Source: Octopus sinensis (taxonomy: Eukaryota). Taken from it: a DNA stretch of 64,000 nt. Position numbers and translations under genes: made by a program. Positions 1 to 11,939 of the stretch are shown piece after piece; position 1 is the first letter of the stretch, and the number at the start of each line of letters is the position of its first letter. The DNA is taken from positions 73,098,001 to 73,162,000 of the forward strand of contig NC_042997.1 of the NCBI RefSeq assembly GCF_006345805.1, written 5' to 3'. The notes below the pieces were generated by a model. The model was given only the letters and a program-made list of their open reading frames with translations. It was not told the origin of the DNA and did not search any database.

Positions 1-167
1 TGCCCCAAAGATTTGCTTCTTTATAAACTTGAGAAAATTAAATATTTATTGTCTACAAATATGCTTCAGATCATGTAGATTTCGATTAAATTGAAATTCA
101 TTGTGAAAACCATTTGTTCCTATAGAAGTTTTAGAAAATTTACCCCATTAGGATTTGTTATATATAT

Positions 168-292
168 ATCGCCATGATAGATCGTTAGCCACTACACACA
201 TTTTTCTTTCCTTGTTTTTTCTGTAGGCTCGAAACGTAAAAGACTTTTTCTATTCCTGTCTTCGTCTTTTGTTTTGTTCGTAAATTCTCCCT
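168..292 (+). mobile_element. Short PLE-type 3'-end repeat, second copy of the element at 19392-19572; its HHR-like motif has an internal deletion
   Basis: TCGCCATGATAGATCGTTAGCC...GGCTCGAAACGTAAAAGACTTTTTCTATTCCTG...CTCCCTATATA matches 19392-19572; ends in (TA)n. Confidence 0.7.
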
Positions 293-306
293 ATATATAT
301 ATATAT

Positions 307-368
<62 letters not shown>
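292..368. repeat. (TA)n microsatellite
   Basis: Seen directly. Confidence 0.95.
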
Positions 369-373
<5 letters not shown>

Positions 374-674
374 ACAAAGCCTACTTTACTTTTTTCTTTA
401 ATTGTGTTGATGTGTATAAGTAAACAAAAACTAGAAGTAAAACAGACACTAGCAAACATACACACACATACGCAACACACACACAGATTTATCTGTCTTT
501 GGTTTTTGTTTTTGTTTTGGGATTTCACTTCAGCGACACCAGTTACACTTGGAAAAAGGTTTCTGAAAATTTGAAACAAAAATGCATGGTTTTTTTAAAC
601 TGACTGTCGCAGAGATATGAAAATAAGGCTTACTACTCGTTAATTTGAAATTAAACTTACCAAAGACAAAGGTC

Positions 675-778
675 TTCCAGTGCCCCCTAGCGCCCCCAAG
701 TTTCTTAACTCCCTCCTAGTTCCTCTTTGCTCCAAAATGCCCCCTCGAGTTCCAAATGGCCCCTGTTGAGAACCTTTG
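675..778. mobile_element. hAT (Charlie/Buster-like) MITE end fragment
   Basis: Ends TTGAGAACCTTTG followed by GTTTAGAA; same end type as 1555-1576; resembles the CAGNGGTTCTCAA terminal repeat and NTCTAGAN-like target of Charlie-type hATs. Confidence 0.45.
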
Positions 779-1233
779 GTTTAGAAGATATTTAAGTACT
801 TTTAAGCTCAACAGCTCTAAAAGAAATCATTTGAAAAAAATTGTAACTTCTTGTTTTAAAAACGAACTCTACTCTACTGGGTTGTAACTTTAACATCCCG
901 CTTAAACAATACATGCTTGAAACTTCTCTTTTCCAATTTTTTGTGCCACAATAGACCTATATTAGTGATATTTGCCAATGAAGAAGACTGTGTCAGATTC
1001 ATAATCTATATTTTTGCTATAGTCGAATGTTGCTTATGAAAACTCGCCTCCCTACCTTTCTGCTGTTTGATTTCTGAAGTTATGATGTTCTATCTTTCTT
1101 CACTGATCCATCTTTCTTCACTTCTATGATGACTTGTCCCTAGTCCAAGACCATTTGCGATTTGGCCCAGAAATTCGTACTTTCTAACCCCTAATCTTTA
1201 TATTCCTTTTCTGATTTATTGCATGAGTTTTGA

Positions 1234-1568
1234 AATGTTCTCAAACTTTTTGAGCCACCAGCGCTTTCATGGCTATATAATACCCTCAGCACCCCACCCC
1301 TGTTTTTATGTATAAATAGATATTTTATATTTTACTAATTTATATATACTATAAATCATTTGATATTTAATATATTATATAATTTGTATACAATACTATA
1401 ATAATATTATAAATTCATAGCGTCCCCCAATCCATTGCCTTCCTCCCAATGCCACCTTTTTCTCTACCGCCGCTCCCCGCACCACCTACTTAGACACGAG
1501 CGCCCACCTGGACCCTCTCATCCCCACCGGTGGGGGTGGGGCGCTAGCGCCCACTTTGAGAACCTATG
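1234..1568. mobile_element. Degenerate hAT-type MITE
   Basis: Inverted GTTCTCAAA (1237-1245) and TTTGAGAAC (1555-1563); right end ...GAGAACCTATG followed by GTTTAGGA. Confidence 0.5.
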
Positions 1569-2086
1569 GTTTAGGATATAGAGATACAACTAGGACTTTT
1601 GAAAAAGAATGGCTTAAAGAATGTTTTCTTTGCGGTCCCGAGATATAGAAAAAGGTTAGGTTCAAATACATTATCTCTTAGAGAGGTCGAAAGATCACAA
1701 TAACAGGGAGTGATAATGTAACATACCTATACACATATACATACATAGACACTCTCACACTTTCACATATGCCATTCATATACCTAGACGCATGTACATG
1801 TATAAATGCATGCATATATAGTAATCAGATAAATAGATATGTAATAAATACATTAGGACGAAATAGTTAACAGACTTACAATATAATGTAGTCTAAAGCT
1901 GAGGATATTTAGGGTCGAGAAAATAAGTTGGTATATTAAGTTTAGATGGTAGGATAGTACAGATAAGTCCAGGTTTTGTAACTATAATCGAAGACTACTT
2001 GGGATGAAGTGTAATAGCTGAGGGAAAATAAATTCAGTCAGTATAATATATATGTGTATATGTATACGTTAGATAATTTATAAGTT

Positions 2087-2485
2087 GGGTAGTGCCTGTG
2101 TGGTAAGTAGCTTGTTTACCAATCACATGGTTCCGGGTTCAGTCCCACTGCGTGGCACCTTGGGCAAGTGTCTTCTACTATAGCCTCGGGCCGACCAAAG
2201 CCTTGTGAGTGGATTTGGTAGACGGAAACTGAAAGAAGCCCGTCGTATATATGCATATATATGTGTGTTTGTGTGCCTGTGTTTGTGTCCCCCTAGCATT
2301 GCTTGACAACCGATGCTGGTGTGTTTATGTCCCCGTTACTTAGCGGTTCGGCAAAAGAGACCGATAGAATAAGTACTGGGCTTACAAAAGAATAAGTCCC
2401 GGGGTCGAGTTGCTCGATTAAAGGCGGTGCTCCAGCATGGCCGCAGTCAAATGACTGAAACAAGTAAAAAAAAAAAAAAAAAAGA
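2087..2485 (+). mobile_element. tRNA-derived octopus-type SINE, near full length
   Basis: Head GTGTGGTAAG...GGTTCAGTCCC, CCTTGGGCAAG central motif, internal (TA/TG)n, tail GCGGTGCTCCAGCATGGCCGCAGTC...GAAACAAGTAAAA; many copies in the window. Confidence 0.9.
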
Positions 2486-2499
2486 GTAAACTAAATTTT

Positions 2500-2870
2500 A
2501 AGACTGTTTTATTAATACAATGCTGATATTTGACTATTAGTTCATTAAGCTCATTAATGAGATCCGATTTGCAACTCTGAATCGCAAGCACTTCGATAGA
2601 ACATAAGTAGCAGTCACCATCACTCCTTAATACCGTGCATATAATGGACCAGGAAATGTAGCGATTTAGCTCTTCCAGTTTCCAGATTAACATAGCTAAT
2701 GAAGTAGTATGCCGTTTCTTCCTATCCTTAAAAGAACTCAATTATTTGATCTCGCCTTAAATTCCGTCGCCTTGCCTCCGATATAGTGATAGACTATCAG
2801 ATGTGAGAATGAAGCATTCAAACACTATGTTCTTACAATGGTGCTAGTTATCTTAATGGCAATTATCCCC
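2500..2870 (-). mobile_element. Degenerate PLE GIY-YIG endonuclease fragment
   Basis: Across frameshifts reads HC-KNIVFEC...HYIGGKATEFKAR...SFKDRKKRHTTSLAMLIWKL...ISWSII...CYLCSIE...LINELNELIVKYQH, the PLE endonuclease C-terminal pattern. Confidence 0.75.
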
Positions 2871-5800
2871 ATCTCTATTATTACATAAATGATCCTTTAA
2901 AGTAAGTCGTAAAGAAAAAAAACTACAATTATTTTTATCATAGTTGGTGTGATGCCGTAAAAGATTCATTGTACAAATATTATTACTAATATTTGTAGTA
3001 GTATTTGGTAAATTACAATGATTAATATTCACACTTAGGCAATAACTGATACTGCTTAATTTCCTGTCCTTTATTATGGCTATATTATCTGAACGTATGC
3101 GAGTATATATACTTTTCTACATTTATATCGTGTATTCCTATTGCTATCAGATTTTACCATTAATTTTTTTATCCTTATTCTTTAATGAAATATTATAATA
3201 ATATTTTGCTACTTCATATATTTTTTAAAATTATATTATTCTGACCAGAGTCACTTGTCAGGATATAACTTTAGGTATCCAAGCATTCATTATTCCCTCC
3301 ATTTAAGACAGCAAATTGTGCTTACCCTTTTATTTTATCCATCGCCCCACCCACTATTTCTATCTATCTTTTCCGCCCGCACCTCTTTCTGCTGTATCAG
3401 AAGGTACTCTAGACATGCGTATCGCAGTTGATATGTGACTCTATGTACTCTGATAATAATTTTTTTTTACTTATGTTTTACCTTCTCGATCAGACGATTG
3501 CTTGAAAATGCAGACTAATTAGTGAATCCAACTTCTAAAATAATCATATCTATTGAGTAACTGTTGTGAAAATGTTCGACTCCAATATATATTGTGCTTT
3601 TAATACATGTCTATGAAAAGATTTCTATTGCAGACAAAAACCACGCCATCATGTTTTACAGCAGTTATACAAGTTTAATATGATACGCAAATGCTGATTT
3701 TAATTTATACTATTTCAATCGCGTTCATCGATTTTTTTACAATACGGCAAGCTTTCCGCAATACCAGTGAATATATTATTCCCTGTTTCGAAATATATCG
3801 AAGCGCAATCTCCGTGTTAGCATGTGACAAATAGGGACACGGCAGTGACAAACCCCAAGTCGGGCGAAGCGCATCTGTTACTCTTATGAATTACCGCTAC
3901 GATGACGCCCGTCTCGCTCCGATATAGAAGTTGTATTTTAAAGACAATATGTCCATGAAGAAATATTCTCTCAGACAAAAATCAAAGTATCATGCCTTAC
4001 AACTGTGTATGATACACAGGTGGCGATTCATACATACGCACACATACATGTACACATGGTCACACATTTTTACATGGGAACAACTTCTTTTTAAAAGAAT
4101 GTCCAATAAAATAAATAATACCTATAGATCTAAAAGCAAAATAAATACCAAGAGAGCAAAATGTTTTGCTTTTATCGCCTATTTATGATGAAAGATGGCG
4201 GATATATTTATTCAAGTAGAAATAGTAATCAATCTGCAAAGACAGGAGTAAATGTATGTGTTAATTTCTGTAACTTCCAGCCTTCAATACACAATGATGA
4301 AAAATTCCAATATCTTCCAAACATACAAACCACATGTCATTTTTCTCTCAACTCCTTTTCTTCGATTTCTGAGCATTTCTATTTATTTTCGTTATTCATT
4401 ATTATATTTATACCGCCTTTATTACTTATTTTTAATTTCTGTTACACTTTTATTTTTGTATTTGTGTTTGCTGTTTGGTTTGATATATCAGACACTATTA
4501 TACATTACGGTTTAAAAAAATGATATTATCTTGGTCAAGATCAATCGTTGTCAATGAAGTAAAAACGTTATATAGATTTTGACAGATATTTACATTATTC
4601 CTTCCAAAAAATGTTGATTTTCCATTTCTGATTGTAACGATCCCAGTAATGATTGTTATAAACAGGGTAATATATAATTTCTTTAACTGAAAAGACTTGT
4701 CTGTCCGCCTCATGGTTCCAACGGACAGAATGGAGAAGGCGTTGCCCTGGAGGATGGACATCCCAGTTCATACATTCTACCAAAGATATCGGAAAAGTGA
4801 TAGACGTCATTCGATCTTATTTCCTGAGCCTTATAACTCTAATGTCTTAAGCCCAGGTAAGAGTTACAAACTTGTTTTTGGTAACTTTAATCAGCAAGTT
4901 ACATCATTTATATCACAAAAAAATTTGAAAAGCATGTAAGTCGCACTGTCACAAAACCTTCCTACAAACTTTATGATTTTAGAATATTAATCTAAAAAAT
5001 AATAATGTTTCTGTGAAACTGATCAGAGATACAATATCCATGGCTATCCTTAGTTTATAACCTATTTAGAACTGCCCTTCTTATCTTTAAACCTGCAAAT
5101 ACCGATTCTCTGTCCGTAGCTGATAGAGCGTGACGACGACAAATGCTTGCCATAAGTTTCAATGACATCATCCACAGCTCAGAGGTGTGTTTTCATGCAC
5201 ATTTTCTATAAGGGCAATTTATTTTCTGAGACAGTATACACAGCGAAGGTCAGGTTTGAGTGTAGTGTTAAATATAACTAAATTTTAATCATCGCTGCTT
5301 GGTGGCCTCTAATAAATTAGCTTCAGCTTGACAAAGCTTTGTACGCATCATGATATTTATAAATTGCTGTTTAATTATAAGAACGAGTGATTCGGTGACT
5401 GTAAAACGTAACGATGGAGAAATTTTAGAAATGAAGTAAATATCCATCTATATACCGTTATAGATGTAAAATATATGGGCGGCAAACTGCTACAGAAAAT
5501 CGAAATCCGTACTTCTTACTTTTCGGCTGACCGCTCTGTACCATTGAACTAAATGGTCCGTGACAAGAGATCTCGTCTTTTATAATGCTATAAGAGTATT
5601 TTACATGATCCTCTAATCTGTTTTCACAGCTATTCTCCAGCGTTCGAGATTTCTTTTACTTCTAAAACACCAACTCACTCCGTGCTTCTATGTTTATTCA
5701 TAAAAATGTTCCCATGTTTTGAAATACATTTTAAGTAGTAGAACACAATCTGGTATAGAATTCAATACGTTGAGGAGAGATGACACAACTGCTTATTATA

Positions 5801-7037
5801 TCAAAATTTGACAATTTACTTTGAGATTTGTACAGCCCGGGGCGAAATTCACAACAATCTATTAACTTTTGATGTAGTAAACAGATATGTATGTATGCAT
5901 GTACATATGTACGCAAGTACGTATGTAGTACGTTTGTATGTATGCATGTGTGTATAAATTATACATTTATGTGTGCGTGTGTTTATTGCGTATATATGAA
6001 CTTGTACTTCATTTTCCCCTATATAAATGTGTACATGTTTAAATAGCAATTAGACAAAAATGAAGATCCTGTTGTTACGTGGGTTGCTCAGTCTTAGAGT
6101 TTTAAAGAGACAGAATTACTTCTCCAGATTATTCAATAGATGAAGATTTTAGAAATCTGTCTTTGATGTTTTATAGTTGCTAAATTCACAGTCCTGAGAG
6201 GTCGATATGTCAGAAAGAATAAAAATATTCTCTAGACCAATGAACATAGAGAACATAGAGAAAAGGGAACTACTACTATATATTTTCACTACTCTAATTT
6301 ACGAAAGAGGGGTATTTATATAAGTTAAGACAGAAGAGATTTGAAAGTAACTAAAAAGAGAAAGAGCGGGAGAAGTTCTACAGGATGCATAATAAATCTA
6401 TGTAAAAATAATATGCTAAGTACCCACCTCTGAAACCCAATAGGTTTCTTACGGTTACTCTGAATTAAATTAAATAAGATTAAATTGAGTTAAACTGGGT
6501 ACAGAAGTAGAGACTAGATTAATGACTGTAACCCTGAATGATGTTATATAACAATATAATCTTAATTTTTTATTTGATTGCTCTACGATTAAGGCACCAA
6601 CCAATCTACTGATAAACTCGGATTCACAGTTTGTATAAATCATCCGATAGATTTAGCATTTACGGATTCTTATGTTCCTCAATTGATATTATGTTAGCCA
6701 GGTTTTAACGCATCCAGTCCCGTCAAAGTCAGGCTTGTGCTTCATCCCTCTGGGTTCGATAAACTCTTCGGATAATAATCTGCTATTACTAGTCATGAAG
6801 AAATAAATTTTACATTTACAGCTGATGAAATAGACTTCACATTTTCTCTTTATATTCAATGATGTTTCGTCTGGCGGGAATATTGTTGATCAAAAGACCT
6901 TCAGAAACTTACAATTTCCTATATCTATCCCTAAAGAATACACAACGACAAATGGCAAAGATTTATGGTACATAAAACAATTGAAACTTTGAATAGAGTA
7001 ACAATTAAAATATTAATTATAAATTATTTTAATCATA

Positions 7038-8027
7038 TCATCCATATGGGTGGCAATGTTTCCGAATCTTTCTTTTTGCAATTTCAACTTGGTTTGATTC
7101 AGAATTCCATTTCGTGTAGAGGGGAACGCATGTTGTATAACCCCATCGTGTTTTGAAAGGCTTCCCTATTTTCGCAATTACTTTTTGGTTACAGTAGGCA
7201 TTATTATGTTTTCTTCCAGCTTCATTTCCATCCGCTGTTGTTTGGTGTACTGCAATTACTGTATTAGTGGCATCAATAACAGTAATGTTTTGTGTAATGG
7301 CAAAATATACTAACCAGTTATCATAATGGATACGTCCTACAACTAGATCTGGTAACAAATGCCAAGGAAAGTGGCGATTTGTTAGGAAATAGTCTAATGC
7401 AATGCCTTTCATCAAAGAACCAGATTTAGCGACTTCAGCCACATTTTCGAGCCTGTCGATTGTTCGACCGTCTGTAAAATTTACATTTGTCCTTTGTCCT
7501 ATTATTAATAAAGGGCCATTTCTAAAACCTGTTTTATTGACCGATTCAAGAGTTTTCGTAAGGCCTTGATTGAAAATAATATCACTATTAGCAAAGCCGT
7601 AAAAATCAGAGTTTTTGAAAATTTTTATTACATCAAGTATCATTGATTTCAACACTGGTACTTTTCCACAGGCAACTTTTGGAATGGGTTTAATGAACCA
7701 GCCGTGTTGTATTAACATTTCCATGTTTTCTCTGAATTTTTCGTTTATTCGGAATATCTCGGAATTTTCCATGTAAGCAACAGGCTGCACTAACCCTGGC
7801 CATAGAGACCAGAGTTGCCCAGTATTTTCATGAACGTTCTGCTTTTCAATTGAACTTTTCCACGACGTCGTTAAAATTAAGAGCTTTTTTTCATTGTCTA
7901 TTAGGTCACGAGTGAAGATATTTATTCTATATTTTTTAATTTCTATGTTATAAATCCAACTGATATAGTAGACCATAAACAGAACAAAAACAAAAGAGCA
8001 TATTTTCAATGGTATTTTAAAAGCCAT
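7038..8027 (-). CDS. 329-aa type II membrane protein, putative GT-A-fold glycosyltransferase-like protein; whole CDS in one exon
   Basis: Uninterrupted 990-bp ORF in unique sequence; AAGATGG start; acceptor TTTTGTTTTATTCAG 19 nt upstream (AG at 8048-8047); N-terminal TM helix ICSFVFVLFMVYYISWIY; DxD-like FYGFANSDIIF; LIIGQRTNV, LDYFLT, VVGRIHYDNWLV and VIDAT...VHQ blocks; several N-x-S/T sequons. Confidence 0.88.
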   Translation of the reverse strand: MAFKIPLKICSFVFVLFMVYYISWIYNIEIKKYRINIFTRDLIDNEKKLLILTTSWKSSIEKQNVHENTGQLWSLWPGLVQPVAYMENSEIFRINEKFRENMEMLIQHGWFIKPIPKVACGKVPVLKSMILDVIKIFKNSDFYGFANSDIIFNQGLTKTLESVNKTGFRNGPLLIIGQRTNVNFTDGRTIDRLENVAEVAKSGSLMKGIALDYFLTNRHFPWHLLPDLVVGRIHYDNWLVYFAITQNITVIDATNTVIAVHQTTADGNEAGRKHNNAYCNQKVIAKIGKPFKTRWGYTTCVPLYTKWNSESNQVEIAKRKIRKHCHPYG

Positions 8028-9751
8028 CTTCTGTTATTTCAGGAATCTGAATAAAACAAAAGTACGTGAGAGGAAATTAGCAAAATGGGAATTAATTTTA
8101 GCGACTAAACTTGAATGAAGGTTTTTAAAAAAAAATCAACTTTGAATAAAAGGATTTGAATAAAATAGAATCAAGATTTAAAACAGTTACATTTGCGAAT
8201 AACTTTCCCTTTTTAAACTGAAATGCACAATCAATTTCAGGAAAAATTTGAATTCGAACGTCTTCCATCTTATTCAATGAGGCAAAAAGAAAAATTAAAT
8301 ATCTGATGGTCTGGAGCAAAGGTGGAATATTTCCAGAGTTCCAAATATTGTGTTACTACACACACGGTAGTCTAACATTCAGAAAATACTGTATAATATT
8401 CTAGAAAAACTAATTCTTCCCAAAGGGATGCAAGTCCTCAGACAGTCGTAATAACATCACTGAATCTATGCTAGACGGTGCAGCACATGCATATCCACTA
8501 TAGGCTACAACTTCACATGCAGTATCCCCAGATACCGTTCTCAAGGGGATATATCGATTATAACTTGTTGCTTCAAGTAAACTAACATGAATAATATTTA
8601 CCTGTTGGTTGAAATTTGTTTACCTGATATTAGGGTCGATGTTGCAATCAATTCTGAAAACCAAAAATAGATCTTTGATGAATAACATGTATTATATAGA
8701 TGTCAGTAAATAGGAAGAAGATTAAAATGGAGAAAAGTTTCATGATATCAGCAGTTCATGAAGATATTTTGAAAGAATCTGCCTGCAAGCAATTATGGTT
8801 AGAAGGACTGGCGCATATTCTACCAATACCAGATATGAAGATAGAGCTATCAGAGTAGCATAATAGAGACAAAATATGGAATCCTCTTACAATGACTCTA
8901 AAACTGTGTAAACTATATGTCACGTACTAGTTTATTGGGTTTTGGTGTTTGTGTTTGGTGTTTGGGTATTTTTTAGAAATAACATAACTGGGCAAAGATG
9001 TGTAAAATCTTTAACGGTACGAAAAGTTCTTAATTTTCAATATAGAATTATATTTTTCATTACATATCTACAATTTGTGTCTGATTTTCCACTGTTTCCC
9101 AATTATACAAGAGAATGCTATCAATCAGGTCAGGCCTTTCGACTAAGTACAATGCTGTGAAGGGGAGGCTGAACATATAAGAATATAGAGAACTATGTTG
9201 TCATGAATAGTTAAATTTTAACAGTTTCAAGCAAGAATCGAAACTGCAGTGCAAATTGTTCTTACCAGGAGTCTCTCCTTGGGCCAAAGAGTTCGTCGAT
9301 GCACTTATTTTCTTTTACATCCATAAAGACTGATAAATCTCAGGAAGGAGGAAGAGAGTAAATTGTCTTGTTCATACCTTTGCCAAAAATAATAAAGAAG
9401 AGAGTGAGAACTATTAATGATGAAGTCAGTCAAATAGTTAAAAGGAACGTGTAATATAAAACAACAGATAAATATAGCAATTACGTCTACTTCCAATCAC
9501 CACTTTTCTAACTGCCAGCAATTCAATAATAAATCGTATTTATCTACAACCTTATTGCAATTACTCAAAAATATTACCTTGTCACACATTCTTAAAATAA
9601 TTATAACGACAAAATGTAATTCGTTAAAAATATTCTAGAAGTGAGCGGATTCGAATAATTACAGTTCTAAAATTACTGAGAAGAAAGAGAAACTTCTACT
9701 TTGTCATTTATCCTGATCAATATATCTGCAAAATATCCTCGAGTTTCTACC

Positions 9752-10065
<314 letters not shown>

Positions 10066-10434
10066 TCTATATATATATATATTTATATATATAAACGGCA
10101 AAATGTGTGTGTGTGTGTGCGTGTCCTAAATTTTTCAGTTAGAGAGCTCGCACTTTCTATGTTTATTCAAAACTGTCCAAGGGTGGTCGTGCACATCTTT
10201 ACATTTCCCCAGTCACCCCACAAACCATTAAAAAATCAATAGAAGTGACTTTTTTGTGAATTTTCTATCCAAAACCCAATCAAAATGCCCGAAACTTGAT
10301 ACGCCAATTGAAAGCTTGCTAGCTGTATGTGATTGGTCGGAGATTTGGACAGTACTCGCGTGTATGTGTGCACGCACGCAGCTGCATATGCATGCACTAG
10401 CACTATGACCCAGCGTTGCCGGGTCATAGTGTTA

Positions 10435-10435
<1 letters not shown>
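10066..10435 (+). mobile_element. Non-autonomous Helitron
   Basis: 5' TC(TA)n...TATATAAACGGCA shared with the 21358 element; 3' hairpin CTAGCACTATGACCC-AGCGTTGCC-GGGTCATAGTGTTAG (10397-10435); ends TTAG followed by T. Confidence 0.6.
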
Positions 10436-10477
<42 letters not shown>

Positions 10478-10849
10478 ATATAAATGTACATGCACACAAA
10501 TATAGACGATTATGTAAAATCACTTGTTCCGGTACATTTGGATATATACAGACAAACGCTGTACCTTTGATTCAAGAGAAAGAATCTCCTCAGAAAATAT
10601 GGGTGTAAACACACAGCTAGATCATGAATGAGTGGAAGTACCGCAGGACGAATGCGTTTCTGCGTCGCTACTCTTCGCCGAATACGTAAACCGAGACGCC
10701 GTTCATGGTTTCTAAGAGTTGGTTGCTCTTGTCTTTTTCAAAGAATCACACTCTACGTACACACATACATACATAGGTACATACATATATACACATGTGC
10801 GTAAGTTTGTAGAAATGTTTATATGCAAATACAATTTCATCCTTCCATC

Positions 10850-10955
10850 CATGTATGTATGTATGTATGTATGTATGTATGTATGTATGTATGTATGTAT
10901 GTATGTATGTATGTATCTATGGATGGATGGATGGATGGATAGATGGATGGATGGT
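10850..10955. repeat. (TATG)n followed by (GATG)n microsatellite
   Basis: Seen directly. Confidence 0.95.
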
Positions 10956-11939
10956 TGAACATATAACCATATCTACATACATACCCATACATAGACACAT
11001 AAATACATGCACCCTGAAAGAAGCTGTTTCCATCAACAGAACCTCAAAAACTGGCTTATTAAGTACGACAAATCTGGATTACCCAGTTGCTTCTTCCTGC
11101 CACGATCACATGAAATGAAACAAAAGTGATATTATTAAAAAGGCATTTCTCTCTCAAGATATTTAAGGTACTACTGTTTAGTATGAATATTTCTTAGAAA
11201 GTCTTCTCATATTGAAGGATTACAATTTTTTATTGCTAACACTGAATGCAAATTTTTGACGGTGTCTTAGATACAAGAGTTGTGCTTTAGAGAAATATGT
11301 TTATAATTTATTAGACTTGATGAAATATTTGAATGTAAATTATGAATGAAATACGTTTCTGTTATAGAAAAAAATTCATCATGTTAGCATGTTCTTTTTT
11401 ATGGGGTCTTAATGAAAACTCTTAATGAAAATAAAGAAAACGAATAACATATTTAACAATATCAATTTAGTACAGTGGATATCAAGCAATGCTGTACATA
11501 GATCAAGTTACTCGTAGCTGAAACAGAGTTGTGTTGTAATATTTTCGTGAAAACATACACGGTAGTTTAGTCAGGAGGAAACGACCTTCTTAAATCCCTC
11601 GGGCCAGGTGGAATTGACACAGTTTAAGTTCACTTTCAATATATAAGTGGGTGACTGAAGAAACAACCTATTCAGAAGGGAATTTACGTTACAAAGGATT
11701 CACATTCTTCAAAAGGTGGATTGGAGGTTATGGTGGACAGTAAGGAGGACAAGAAAGAAACAGTTGGATGGATTTGGGTGAAGATGACATGATCCTAATT
11801 TCTTAAAAAAATTTCGCTCTAATAGCGATGTAACAAAGAAAGAAAGGAAGTGAGGAAACGTTTCGTCTGTAAACCAAAGTCGCTGGCAATTACTCGGATA
11901 GTTTTCTATTGACTTCTAGGGTTAAGGTGTCAAAGTACA

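Noticed and set aside
250-579. The many ORFs rich in YI, CV, HT, LSIY or MYVC across the window
   Set aside because: They are translations of (TA)n, (TG)n, (CA)n, (TATC)n and (TATG)n microsatellites, not genes.
4330-4690. GPCR-like TM5-TM7 pattern (FIPPLLLIFNFCY...FTLFLP...NRVIYNFFN)
   Set aside because: It needs several stops and a frameshift, and AT-rich DNA readily yields F/I/L-rich text; kept only as an unresolved patch.
6850-6910. Minus-strand CTGAAG-GTC...GAC-GAAAC-ATC
   Set aside because: A9 is missing, stem III is mispaired and there is no stem I.
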